A stretch of 64,000 bases of DNA from Methanomassiliicoccaceae archaeon (GCA_040776945.1 JAXGZN010000002.1:768001-832000), one strand, 5' to 3'. Shown: positions 1-9,453, counted from the stretch's first letter. Numbers and translations are program-made. Notes: generated by a model not told the origin, from the sequence alone.

Positions 1-6
1 GAGGTC

Positions 7-57
7 GGGAACCCCTTCGTAGTATGACGAGGGGGCCCGTTATCTTCAATATTTTTT
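7..57 (+). terminator. Hairpin plus T-tract, possible terminator of a gene left of the window
   Basis: CCCCTTCGT (12-20) pairs with ACGAGGGGG (27-35), followed by TTTTTT (52-57). The upstream context is outside the window. Confidence 0.3.
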
Positions 58-947
58 CCCTTGGTCTCTGCTTCCACTCTAGGATCGTTCCCGATATTTC
101 TCCAAGAAGATCCGACGAGCTATCGAGACTCCTGATCGCCAATCATTTGATGTTAATCTAACAGCTTATTTATCTAATGTCATATCGTATATAGATAAAA
201 TATTTAATGTATCATCAATACGACTATGATTTGACCGATCATTCAGGGCTTTACATGGTATTCTTAGCCCCGATCTTCCATCTTTTCGTAAACGTCACAA
301 AGCTCATTCAGGAACTGATCATAGGTCCTTCGGAACTTCAAGCGGTACAAGCGGTCCCTCGTTGCCGGGGATATCTGTATGCTCGTCTTCGGCTCAACGG
401 CTTTTTCTTCCATTTTTGACGTTCTCCTTGTAGACGGGCATCAGGGTCCCGCCCGATCATATGTGTTATTGAAATTATAGATATAATTGTTCTTATAGAA
501 ACATACAATATATTCATAACCAATAATATCAATTGAACATTGTTACAATTTATACATTATAGTCAACAACGGTCTCCCGAATATCAAATTGATTTGGACC
601 TTCCATTGTACAATTTTGCGTACTACGCAATTTTTCCTCACTTAATCATTATCTGATATTAGAATAAATAATCTATGAAGATGCCGGGCAATGAGACGCT
701 AATTGCTTTCCGAGGAGTAAAGGAGCTGCACGATCCATGGAAAACAAGGATGAAAAATGGTTAAAAATCCTGGATAAATAGCATATTTATCGGGGATTTT
801 CAAGGTTATTTTTATGTCGCTGCAACCCCACGCCTTGATCGTGATCGAAGAACGAACCTCCGCCTATCAATCAAGGTCGAAAGCTATCCAAGTAGATGAT
901 GTTGTGATTTTTCAAACGATAAGGTCTTTCATTCAAGAAACGAGCAT

Positions 948-968
948 AAAAAGGATTGGAAGGGGTTT
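948..968 (-). terminator. Pyrimidine-rich terminator-like tract
   Basis: Minus strand reads AAACCCCTTCCAATCCTTTTT about 30 nt after the stop of 997..1539. A near-identical tract follows the thermosome gene. Confidence 0.5.
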
Positions 969-996
969 ATTATTGCTCCTTAGGCGCGCAGCGGGA

Positions 997-1539
997 TCAG
1001 GCCTTGATCAGCAGCGGCAGCACCTGCTTTCCCTTGAGGACGAGCATCACGATCGCCGCGGACATGTAGAAGGCAATTAGCGATACGATCATCCATAGGA
1101 CGCCCATGATCTCCTTGGTGCCGTCGGTTCCCCAGAACCATGCGGCAGTGACAAAGAAGCTTATCACTGCAATGCCAAGAAGTATGGGGAGGAGCTTGAC
1201 CGGTTGTGCCAATGAAAGCAGCATGTCGATGAAGACGACTATGCCGATAAGAACGCACAATACGGCGGCGCCCTCTCCAGACGGCGGAGGCATGATCGTA
1301 AAGAAGAATATCGCCAGAGGTCCGAACAATGCTGTTCCGAGCAGGTTCTCGTTAAAGAACATGAGTATGGCGGTGACCAAGGACAAAAGACCGACCCATG
1401 GGCCGATCGCTATTACCAGGCTAATAGTATCCATTCCTAGGCCGAACGTTGCCAGCGGGAAGGTGAACATCGACAATGTCAATATTCCCATAACATCGGC
1501 CATTGCTATCTTCATGTGTGTGTTCGATTCTTCTGCCAT
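997..1539 (-). CDS. Six-TM membrane protein, probable GPR1/FUN34/YaaH (SatP/Ady2) acetate uptake family
   Basis: 180 aa with about 6 hydrophobic helices, an N-terminal 'KIAMADVMGILTL' (degenerate NPAPLGL signature), 'ENLLGTALFG' and a C-terminal 'AFYMSAA...GKQVLP'. GGAGG RBS. Confidence 0.6.
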   Translation of the reverse strand: MAEESNTHMKIAMADVMGILTLSMFTFPLATFGLGMDTISLVIAIGPWVGLLSLVTAILMFFNENLLGTALFGPLAIFFFTIMPPPSGEGAAVLCVLIGIVVFIDMLLSLAQPVKLLPILLGIAVISFFVTAAWFWGTDGTKEIMGVLWMIVSLIAFYMSAAIVMLVLKGKQVLPLLIKA

Positions 1540-1908
1540 TTATTTTCCTCCCTTTCCTTTGGCATGCTAGGGCCGTGACGGTGATGGCATAGAGCTGGGT
1601 CGGGTGCCGTGGTTCCTTATCGTTGTGGACACCAAAGCCTATGCTCCTGCCTTGTCAGGCACCTTGCCGCCAAGGAAATCCCGCTTCCTGAATGTGTTTG
1701 GTATATTAAATTTATTATTATAGGTTAAGTCCGTTAATACTTCTATTCGTCCTATTTGGAATAAGGCCTACAAATATAATTTATAGTGTTAATATGAAAG
1801 GAATCTCGCAGCTCGTTAAAGCCCTCTCTCGTGACTGTCCCTATGATCACTGCCGCCATCCAAATGCCGATCTATTGGCGGTACAAATGAGGGCGGATCA
1901 GGGTCGCA

Positions 1909-2733
1909 TCAAGGCGCTGGAACCCTTCCGATCTCATCCAGTGCTCTGAGGTACGCTTTCCTTCGGGACTCATAACCCTCCCTGTTCGAACCGAACGGAA
2001 CATATTCAGAGACCTTCCATCCACTGGACACCAGGCGGCATTTTGTATCGTCGGCGAGCCCCTTGAGGAAGCTTAGCTCCATCATATCGCGATCATGGAA
2101 CCTGCGCTGGACCCATTCCAGGAGCTCGGGGTCATGGGTCGCTACGCAAAAGGGCACATCCCTGGAAATTATCTGCTCCACAAGGTCCTTGTAAGCCTCG
2201 GATATCAAGGTGAAGTCGCGGATATCCCCTGTGTAGGTGCCCTTGACAAGCCTGATCCTGGCTCCGGCATCGAGCATTCTCTCGATATCACGAGGGGTGC
2301 GGTTCAGGTATGCTTGAAGCGCCACCGTGATCCCCAGGCCTGAAAGGGCGAGATTCTCCGCCATCTCCAGGGTGAGGTCCACCATCCGCTGGCCTTCCAT
2401 GTCCAATTCGAACCCCACATGGAGCTCATTGCTTCTCTCGCAAATAGCTCGAACGAACCTAACGGTATGCTGCCTCCCGACGGTGCCTCCCAGGGTGGAT
2501 GGTTTGACCGCGATCGATGCTCTCAGCTGTCGCCCTTCGATCTCAGCCAACAGCTGCATGTAATCATTGACGGAACGGCGAGCTTTCTCCTCGTCCTGGC
2601 CATAGCGTCCCAGAACGTCCATGATGCAACGGATCCCCTGCTCGTTCCTTCTAAGGCACCATTTGAGCGCGGCATCTTGGTCTGGAAGGGTCCATCTGTC
2701 AGGCATCGGACCTATATTGAGCGCTCGTATCAA
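1909..2733 (-). CDS. Proline dehydrogenase (monofunctional PRODH family)
   Basis: Motifs 'AVKPSTLG', 'LDME', 'ALQAYL.RT', 'IRLVKGTY', 'VATHD' and 'YVPFG...Y..RR'. The true start may be ATG at 2706. Confidence 0.85.
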   Translation of the reverse strand: MIRALNIGPMPDRWTLPDQDAALKWCLRRNEQGIRCIMDVLGRYGQDEEKARRSVNDYMQLLAEIEGRQLRASIAVKPSTLGGTVGRQHTVRFVRAICERSNELHVGFELDMEGQRMVDLTLEMAENLALSGLGITVALQAYLNRTPRDIERMLDAGARIRLVKGTYTGDIRDFTLISEAYKDLVEQIISRDVPFCVATHDPELLEWVQRRFHDRDMMELSFLKGLADDTKCRLVSSGWKVSEYVPFGSNREGYESRRKAYLRALDEIGRVPAP

Positions 2734-2738
2734 AAAGG

Positions 2739-3566
2739 TTAGGAGCCTCCCTCGTTCAGGGTCCTCGCCTTTCGCTTCCTGGGGTCCCTCGTTCTGGAGG
2801 CGGCGAGATGTTGAACGCTGTTGAAATCATCCAATCCGATTATGGATGCGTGGCCGCTCCGCACCAGATATCCGTCCCATCTCCGATAGCCGGCATAGGC
2901 TGGATTATGCAGGATCTGACGTATGGAGTATATCGTCCACAATGACCCTCTCCGAGTGAGAACCCCCCGTCCGTTGAGCGCCTGAGCGATATCGTTCATC
3001 GAACGGCCAGAGAGATAGGATGAAAATATCTCCCGTACCACCTCCGCCTCGCCATCCCTTAGGACAAGGTCATTGCTCTCAATGTCGTAACCGAACGGAG
3101 GGTTGAACCCCAAAAGCCCCCCCGACTCGGCCTTCTGAGCCATGCCCATGTAGGTCCTCTCCCCGATCTGCTCCGACTCCAGCTGGGCTATCCTCTGGAT
3201 CATGTCGACGACGAACCTGCCGATGGAGGTAGAGGTATCCAGTTCTTCCCACATCGAAGTGAACTTCTTGTCCCATCTCTCTAGGTCCTCCATCATGATC
3301 ATGAAGTTCTTCGAGTTACGATGGATGCGGTCCATCTTGAGGACGAGGATATTGTCCCAACGGTCCTTCTCCGCCATCATCCTCTTGTACTCCTCTCTGT
3401 TGGACACCTTCCTGCCAGTATGGCCGCGGTCCACATATATTCCAGCGATCTCCCATCCCTGAGCCTCGCAATATGCGATCAAGCGTTCCTGCTGAGCCTC
3501 AAGGGAGTAACCCTCTTCGGCCTGCTCCTCGGTGGACACCCTGATATAAATTGCGGCCCTAGTCAT
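2739..3566 (-). CDS. Serine recombinase (resolvase catalytic domain plus recombinase DNA-binding domain), paralog B
   Basis: 'AAIYIRVSTEEQ' catalytic Ser motif, 'KMDRIHRN', 'AQLESEQIGER', 'PFGY' and 'IL.NP.Y.G'. 275 aa with no zinc-ribbon/coiled-coil C-terminus. Confidence 0.92.
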   Translation of the reverse strand: MTRAAIYIRVSTEEQAEEGYSLEAQQERLIAYCEAQGWEIAGIYVDRGHTGRKVSNREEYKRMMAEKDRWDNILVLKMDRIHRNSKNFMIMMEDLERWDKKFTSMWEELDTSTSIGRFVVDMIQRIAQLESEQIGERTYMGMAQKAESGGLLGFNPPFGYDIESNDLVLRDGEAEVVREIFSSYLSGRSMNDIAQALNGRGVLTRRGSLWTIYSIRQILHNPAYAGYRRWDGYLVRSGHASIIGLDDFNSVQHLAASRTRDPRKRKARTLNEGGS

Positions 3567-4386
3567 CCGCAGCCACCTCCACCTGGCGATGCGATGCTCC
3601 CTGCCTGTTCCTGCGCCGCTCCTCCATCATGTCCTGCACCAAATTGAACGAGCTGGGAGAGACAAGCTGCGTGTGCCCCAGCGGCACGAGGTGCCCGTCC
3701 CAACGGGCGTACCCGCAATATAGAGGGTTTCGCAGAATGGCACTTACCGTCTGCTTGCTCCACCTGCCTCCCTTTTTCGACGGGATGCCTCGGCCGTTCA
3801 GGTCACGGGCGATCCCATCCAGGGAATGGCCTGAGATGTAGCTATGGTAGATGAACGGAACGACCCCGGCCTCCCGGTCATGGGCCCTGAGGCCGCCGTT
3901 CTCGATGACATAGCCATATGGATCGGGGCTCCCAAGGTATCCGGAGGCCTCCTTCGCCTTTTGGAGCATGCCTATCTTGACCCTCTCCCCGATCTGCTCC
4001 GATTCCAGCTGGGCGATCCTCTGGATTATGTCCATCACGAATCGGCCCATGGCCGAGGTGGTGTCGAACTTCTCCTGCATCGAGCTGAACTGCTTCTTCC
4101 ATTCGTTCAGGTCGTCCATCATCTGGGTGAAGTTCCTCGAGTTGCGATGGATGCGGTCCATCTTGAGGACCAGGAGGACGTCCCAGAGACCTCGTTCGGA
4201 CATCATTCGCTGATACTGGGGGCGGTTCACGTCCCGACCGGAGTACCCCTCGTCGACATACTCTCCGCTGACGCTCCATCCCTTGGCCTTGCAGAAGGCG
4301 TTGAGCCGTTTCAGCTGCGCTGGTATGCTGAACCCTTCCCTGGCCTGATCATCGGTAGAAACCCTGGCATAGATGGCGGCACGCAA
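3559..4386 (-). CDS. Serine recombinase (resolvase catalytic domain plus recombinase DNA-binding domain), paralog A
   Basis: 'AAIYARVSTDDQ', 'KMDRIHRN', 'PYGY' and 'ILRNPLYCG'. A TTG start at 4386, 8 nt after a GAGGTG RBS, gives 275 aa (the ORF track extends to 4449). The stop overlaps the next start. Confidence 0.92.
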   Translation of the reverse strand: MRAAIYARVSTDDQAREGFSIPAQLKRLNAFCKAKGWSVSGEYVDEGYSGRDVNRPQYQRMMSERGLWDVLLVLKMDRIHRNSRNFTQMMDDLNEWKKQFSSMQEKFDTTSAMGRFVMDIIQRIAQLESEQIGERVKIGMLQKAKEASGYLGSPDPYGYVIENGGLRAHDREAGVVPFIYHSYISGHSLDGIARDLNGRGIPSKKGGRWSKQTVSAILRNPLYCGYARWDGHLVPLGHTQLVSPSSFNLVQDMMEERRRNRQGASHRQVEVAADD

Positions 4387-4592
4387 TTGAACGACACCTC
4401 TGCCCGGTGATGGTCCCGGGTGCATCCCAAAATCGTATCGGCTGCTCAAGGTTAAGTTTTCCTATCTGAAAACGGCCGCGTGCATAACATCTTCTTAATT
4501 GATTATTATTTTAGCATGTAACTTTTCTATGTTTTCTATTATATCTATCATCTTACGCAATGATTTAATCTGATATCCACAATCGTTTCATC

Positions 4593-5009
4593 ATGGCAGA
4601 GAGCCCAGAATCCAAGATGGCAAGGCTCCGAGAGGAGTTCGGAGGCTTGGTGGACGACGCCACCATTCGCCGCCTGGTTCTGGAGGACAGAGGGAACAAG
4701 ATGGCAACAAGCAAGTTAGCGGACCTGAAGGACAGGGAAGAGGTCTCTGCAGTGGTCAGAGTAACTAAGATCAACAACGCCAGGACATTCAATAAAAGAG
4801 CTGGCGGACAGGGCAGGGTGAGGAACATCGATATAGAGGACGATTCCGGCAACTGCCGCCTTACGCTATGGGATGAAGATGTTGAGCTTCCAGAGCAGAT
4901 GGAGATAGAGATCGGCACGCAGCTCGTTCTAACGGATTGCTATGTGAAAAAGACCGATTTTGGTACCGACATCTCAAAGGGGAGGAAAGGAAAGATAGAG
5001 AAGCTATAA
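4593..5009 (+). CDS. Single OB-fold ssDNA-binding protein (RPA/SSB-like)
   Basis: RPA-like N-terminus 'EEFGGLVDD...LV' and OB motifs 'RTFNKRAGGQGRV', 'IEDDSGNCRLTLWD' and 'YVK'. Confidence 0.85.
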   Translation: MAESPESKMARLREEFGGLVDDATIRRLVLEDRGNKMATSKLADLKDREEVSAVVRVTKINNARTFNKRAGGQGRVRNIDIEDDSGNCRLTLWDEDVELPEQMEIEIGTQLVLTDCYVKKTDFGTDISKGRKGKIEKL

Positions 5010-5090
5010 TACTTTAGCTTATAACTTTATAACATTATTAACTATAACTGATGACATTATCGGATATATTAGAATTAGATTATAATATAC
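5004..5090. repeat. AT-rich tract with repeated YTATAAY heptamers
   Basis: CTATAAT 5004, TTATAAC 5019 and 5027, TATTAAC 5036 (variant), CTATAAC 5042, TTATAAT 5080, within otherwise GC-rich DNA. Confidence 0.6.
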
Positions 5091-5319
5091 TGGCTGCATA
5101 CAGTCCTCCTCTCCTCAAGCACGGCCTTGTGCAATTGGGCCGGTCATATCGTGGTCACTTACGCCGTTCCCCTAACAAAAGTGATCATGACGGCCCCTTC
5201 GAGTGTTGATGCCTGATGACCTGCACAAGCGGATCGGAATGGTAATGGGAGAAAAAAGGATCGAAAAATGAAAAAGAGGAAGAGGCCGGGAGGCCTCATC
5301 CTGTATTCAGGTTCCAACC

Positions 5320-6675
5320 TCAAGGCTTCCTCGGCCTGGTCATAAAGAACGCCAGGATGCCTATGGAGATCGCTCCCAAGGCTACGAAGAAGAAGCCTAG
5401 GTACGGGGCCTTGAAGAAGAAGTCCTGGATCAGACCGCCGCCTTTGACTTCCGATGTCAACTTGGCAGTATAGGCATCGATGGACTTGATCTTGTCACTG
5501 ACCACCTTCGCGTCCATAGGGTCCATGGAGACCTGGCTGCCAAAGAGGGCGGTGACGTACCCGGCCTCTTCGGGCAGGGCAGGCATGCTGCCGCCCATGT
5601 TCATGTACATTCCGGCAAGGAATCCCTCGTCCTGGGAGTACAGGAACGTGGCGCCGTCATTGACCTGGATCTTCATGTACTTCTTCAGTTCGCCGTTCAC
5701 AGTGTGAGTGACCAGACCGTTCATGCACCGCATCTTGATGGGTTCGACAGTGCTGTTGTACGGCCCGAACTTGCCGTTCTTGATCTCCCCGTCCGGACTG
5801 TTCAGTTTCTCAAAGCTTATGGGGAAGTCCGTGGCCCCGGTAGCGTTCCTCAGCTCTTCGGTGAATATCTGGGCCTTGATATCATCGGTCAGCCCATGGG
5901 CGTTCACGTGGCCGTTGACGCTGCCTGCGACCGTCAACGCGGTCTCGTTGGTCCACCAGGTCTCACCCTGGACCACCGGCGCCTGGAACAGGTCCAGAGC
6001 CGGCGTGAAGTCCATATACAGGTCGACCCCGGCGACGGCCTCGAAGCCCACATCGTAGTCTTTGTACGAGATGATCTGGACGCTTCCGGTGGTATTGATG
6101 TCAGGTATGTTCTTGGCATCGATCTCAACGCTCAGAGCGCCCTTGAAGGACCAAGTGATGTTGGTGATGGCCATGCTGGTTTTCTCAACGGTCGCGGTCC
6201 CGGTCAGCACCACGCCCATCTTCTCTTCCAGGTCGATGCTCACGGTCTTGGCCTCCTTGGCCACGGTCGACTTGGGATCGAAGGGGTTGTCATAGACGCC
6301 GTATGTGCCGGCCACCGGCATTCCTCCAGTGACCTTAAGGTTGGCCGATGTGGCGAACCGGAAGGCCATCTTGGCCGTGATGGAATAGGTCGTCGCCGTT
6401 TCGCCGGTTATCTCGAAAAGCACGTAGTAGGCCACCTTGGAATCGACGCTTAACCGATCGATGGTCACGTTGGCCTGGCTTTTCAACAGGTTGTCGATAT
6501 AGCTTAATTTGGAGGTGACGTTGGCTCCGAGGTCAATCTCCTTGCCCATGCCCCAGCGGTCGCCCACCTTCAGGACCGGATCGGAGGCCGAGGCCGTACC
6601 CAACGGCACCATGACCATGCCGAGGAGGAACAACCCGACGACCATCAACGTGGCCGCAGATGTGATCTTGCTCAT
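5320..6675 (-). CDS. Hypothetical secreted, C-terminally membrane-anchored beta-rich protein
   Basis: 451 aa with an N-terminal signal peptide ending near 'TASA', a C-terminal TM followed by a basic 'RPRKP' tail, and host-like codon usage. Confidence 0.75.
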   Translation of the reverse strand: MSKITSAATLMVVGLFLLGMVMVPLGTASASDPVLKVGDRWGMGKEIDLGANVTSKLSYIDNLLKSQANVTIDRLSVDSKVAYYVLFEITGETATTYSITAKMAFRFATSANLKVTGGMPVAGTYGVYDNPFDPKSTVAKEAKTVSIDLEEKMGVVLTGTATVEKTSMAITNITWSFKGALSVEIDAKNIPDINTTGSVQIISYKDYDVGFEAVAGVDLYMDFTPALDLFQAPVVQGETWWTNETALTVAGSVNGHVNAHGLTDDIKAQIFTEELRNATGATDFPISFEKLNSPDGEIKNGKFGPYNSTVEPIKMRCMNGLVTHTVNGELKKYMKIQVNDGATFLYSQDEGFLAGMYMNMGGSMPALPEEAGYVTALFGSQVSMDPMDAKVVSDKIKSIDAYTAKLTSEVKGGGLIQDFFFKAPYLGFFFVALGAISIGILAFFMTRPRKP

Positions 6676-6779
6676 AGTAACCCAACCACTCGTTTTTCTA
6701 GCCCTAGCGGTCGGGAATATTAGTAAATGACGTGCCCGGATGCGTGAATTGGTAAGCAGAATGATATTATCTTTGGAAG

Positions 6780-6804
6780 AAAAATTGGAAAGGGAAGGGG
6801 TTTT
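6780..6804 (-). terminator. Pyrimidine-rich terminator-like tract after the thermosome gene
   Basis: Minus strand reads AAAACCCCTTCCCTTTCCAATTTTT about 20 nt past the stop codon. Confidence 0.55.
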
Positions 6805-6823
6805 CGAGGATTGTTGTCCCCGA

Positions 6824-8494
6824 TCACATCATCCCGGGCATGCCGCCGCCCATTCCTGGGGGCATTCCGCCGGGCATGCCGCCAGGAGGAGCGCCCGCGC
6901 CTGGGGGCATCTTCTTGGAGGCGATGACGTCATCGATCCTTAGGATCATTCCGGCCACCTCGGTCGCGGACTCGATGGCCTGGCGCTTGACCCTGAGAGG
7001 CTCGATCACGTTGGCCTCCATCATGTTGGCCGTCTCGCCGGTCTCCAGGTCAATCCCCATGTAGGCGGCGTTCTTCTTGCCCTCGTGGGCGGTCTTCAGC
7101 TTGATGACCAGGTCGATGGGGTCCAGGCCTGCGTTCTCGGCGAGGGCCCAGGGTACTATCTCCATCGCTTCAGCAAAGGCCTCGATGGCTAGTTGCTCGC
7201 GGCCGCCGACGGTGGAAGCGTAGTCTGCCAGGCGGAGAGCAAGTTCGATCTCGGGCGCGCCGCCTCCGGCAACGACCTTACCGTCCTCCAGGGCCACCCC
7301 GACGACCCTAAGGGCGTCATGCAGAGCGCGGTCGACCTCGTCGATCACGTGCTCGGTGCCGCCCCTGACGATGATGCTGATGGCCTTGGGGTTCTTGCAC
7401 CCGGTGACGAAGGTCATCATCTCCTCTCCGATCTTGCGCTCCTCGACCATATCGGCGCATCCCAGGTCGGACTTGCTGAGAGAGTCCAGGTTTCCGACGA
7501 CATTACCGCCGGTGGCCTTGGCGAGCTTCTCCATGTCCGACTCCTTGAGCCTCCGGCAGGCGTAGATGTTAGCCTTGGCGAGATAGTGCTGCACGAGGTC
7601 GTCCATGCCCTTCTGGCAGAACACCACGTTGGCGCCCACGGCCTTGATCTTGTCAACCATGCCCTTCAGCTGGGCCTCTTCCTCGTCCAGGAAGCGCTGC
7701 ATGGCCGCAGGGTCCCGGATCTGGATCTTGGCCTCGACCTCGGTCTTCTTGATCTCCAGTGCAGAGGACAGGATGACGACCTTGGCGTTCTTGACGGACT
7801 TGGGCATGCGAGGGTGGACCTTTTCCTTGTCCACGACCAGCCCGTTAATGAGCTCGGTGTCGGCGACCGTCAGGCCGGTCTTCTTCTCGATCTTGATGTT
7901 GTCGACGTTGACCTTGATCTTGCCGTCCGAGTCCTCGGCCACGGTCTTGACGGCCTTGACCGCCAGATCGGCGAGGTACTCAAGCTGGCCAGCCACGGAC
8001 TTGCCGGTCATGGCGGTCATGGCGACCTTCTTCAGGACATCGTTCCCCTTGGCGCTTACAGATATCTTCTCGAGCACCTTGATGGCCTCGGCTGCAGCGA
8101 GCTTGTAGCCGTTGGCGATGATGGTCGGGTGCACGTTGTGGTCGATCAGCCTCTCGGACTGCTTCAGCAGCTCGCCGGCGATGACCACGGAAGTGGTCGT
8201 CCCGTCCCCGCACTCGGAGTCCTGGGTCTTGGCGACCTCCACGACCATCTTGGCCGCGGGGTGCTGAACATCGATCTCCTTCAGGATGGTGACGCCGTCG
8301 TTGGTGATGACGACATCGCCGATGGAATCGACCAGCATCTTGTCCATGCCCTTCGGTCCCAAGGTGGTGCGCACCGCGTCAGCTATGGCGCGGGCCGCGG
8401 CGATGTTGTTGGCCTGAGCTTCCTTGTTCCTGGTCCGCTCAGTGCCCTCTCTTAGCACGATGATAGGTTGGCTTTGTCCTAGAGAATATGCCAT
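6824..8494 (-). CDS. ths: Thermosome (group II chaperonin) subunit
   Basis: '[12 protein letters not shown]', 'ITNDG.TIL', 'GDGTTT', 'GGGAPE' and a GGMP-rich tail. Confidence 0.98.
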   Translation of the reverse strand: MAYSLGQSQPIIVLREGTERTRNKEAQANNIAAARAIADAVRTTLGPKGMDKMLVDSIGDVVITNDGVTILKEIDVQHPAAKMVVEVAKTQDSECGDGTTTSVVIAGELLKQSERLIDHNVHPTIIANGYKLAAAEAIKVLEKISVSAKGNDVLKKVAMTAMTGKSVAGQLEYLADLAVKAVKTVAEDSDGKIKVNVDNIKIEKKTGLTVADTELINGLVVDKEKVHPRMPKSVKNAKVVILSSALEIKKTEVEAKIQIRDPAAMQRFLDEEEAQLKGMVDKIKAVGANVVFCQKGMDDLVQHYLAKANIYACRRLKESDMEKLAKATGGNVVGNLDSLSKSDLGCADMVEERKIGEEMMTFVTGCKNPKAISIIVRGGTEHVIDEVDRALHDALRVVGVALEDGKVVAGGGAPEIELALRLADYASTVGGREQLAIEAFAEAMEIVPWALAENAGLDPIDLVIKLKTAHEGKKNAAYMGIDLETGETANMMEANVIEPLRVKRQAIESATEVAGMILRIDDVIASKKMPPGAGAPPGGMPGGMPPGMGGGMPGMM

Positions 8495-8622
8495 TATTAT
8501 CCTCCTTTCGTTGGGCCCGATAGTTTATCGCTTCTATATAATTGTTATGGATTCTTTGCCCTCAGGGAGCCGGTATGGCATGTTATGCCGAGCCCGGACA
8601 TCGCCTTTCCGGCCCTCCGATC

Positions 8623-9453
8623 TCAAAAGGCATCGACGACCACAATGCCGCCGTCGGTCAGCGAGCGCTTCAAGAAAGCGATCAGATCGTCATAGAACCT
8701 GTCGTCGTCAACCGATGACAAGAACTCATCGAGGGTGGACGGCGACCGCTCGGCCATGATCGAAGCCATCCTTTCCTTCATGCCGGGCCTCAGGTTCAGC
8801 CGGTCGATCATCACCGAGCGCACCCTGGTCTCGATTAATGAGTTCACAAGCCCGTCTAGATCGTGATCGGTTATGGTCGGGATAACTGGCCCGAGGAACA
8901 CATAGGTGCCTATCCCCGAATCCACCAGCGCACGGACGGCGCGGAGCCTTCGGGAAGGGGGCGGAGAGCCGGGCTCGAAGATCGCCGCCCTCTCGTCGAC
9001 AGAGGTATTCAGTGATATGCCTACCTCTGCGGAGGCCATCCGCAACAACAGATCAATGTCCCTGGTGACCAGGTCGGACTTGGTGAGTATCGATACGCTG
9101 GCGGAGGCATGGACCATCTCCTCCAGGCATTTCCGCGTGAGGTTCATCTCCTCCTCCGCCGGCTGATAGGGGTCGGTGACCGTTCCGAGGCCGATGACCC
9201 CTTTCTTTCGGAGGAGCTCCCGGGACAGCAGCCTCGTGATGTTGACCTTGGCCTGAACGTTGGTGCCCCACAACAAAGGAGGTACCCGCATTATGTAAGG
9301 GGCATAGCAGTAGACGCAGGCGTGAGAGCACTGGACATAAGGGTTCAGGGCCAGGTCCAGTCCGGGCAGGCGGGAAGGGGACAGCGCCGTGGAGCACTCC
9401 TTCCTGATTACCCGGGGGCCGCCGTCCTCTAGGAACGAGTCCAGATCAGACAT
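8623..9453 (-). CDS. Radical SAM protein, spore photoproduct lyase (SPL)-like DNA repair family
   Basis: 'NPYVQCSHACVYCYA' CxxxCxxC, 'TVTDPYQP.E', 'ILTKSDLV.RD.D' and 'FEPG.P....R'. Overlaps the nreA stop. Confidence 0.88.
   Translation of the reverse strand: MSDLDSFLEDGGPRVIRKECSTALSPSRLPGLDLALNPYVQCSHACVYCYAPYIMRVPPLLWGTNVQAKVNITRLLSRELLRKKGVIGLGTVTDPYQPAEEEMNLTRKCLEEMVHASASVSILTKSDLVTRDIDLLLRMASAEVGISLNTSVDERAAIFEPGSPPPSRRLRAVRALVDSGIGTYVFLGPVIPTITDHDLDGLVNSLIETRVRSVMIDRLNLRPGMKERMASIMAERSPSTLDEFLSSVDDDRFYDDLIAFLKRSLTDGGIVVVDAF

Noticed and set aside
1674-1688. NrpR operator upstream of the transporter
   Set aside because: GGAA-N7-TTCC has the wrong spacing (the consensus is N6) and there is only one copy.
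5000-5050. Archaeal XerA dif site
   Set aside because: It has TATAA/TTATA words, but I could not fit the 11-6-11 inverted arrangement.
6824-6910. GGMP repeat at the thermosome C-terminus
   Set aside because: This is an ordinary chaperonin tail, not an independent repeat element.
7193-8455. 420-aa plus-strand ORF and many similar long overlapping ORFs (e.g. 9389-10198, 12728-13621, 47423-48316, 62179-63024)
   Set aside because: These are antisense shadows of well-supported genes, expected from high GC3 codon bias, and carry no motifs.
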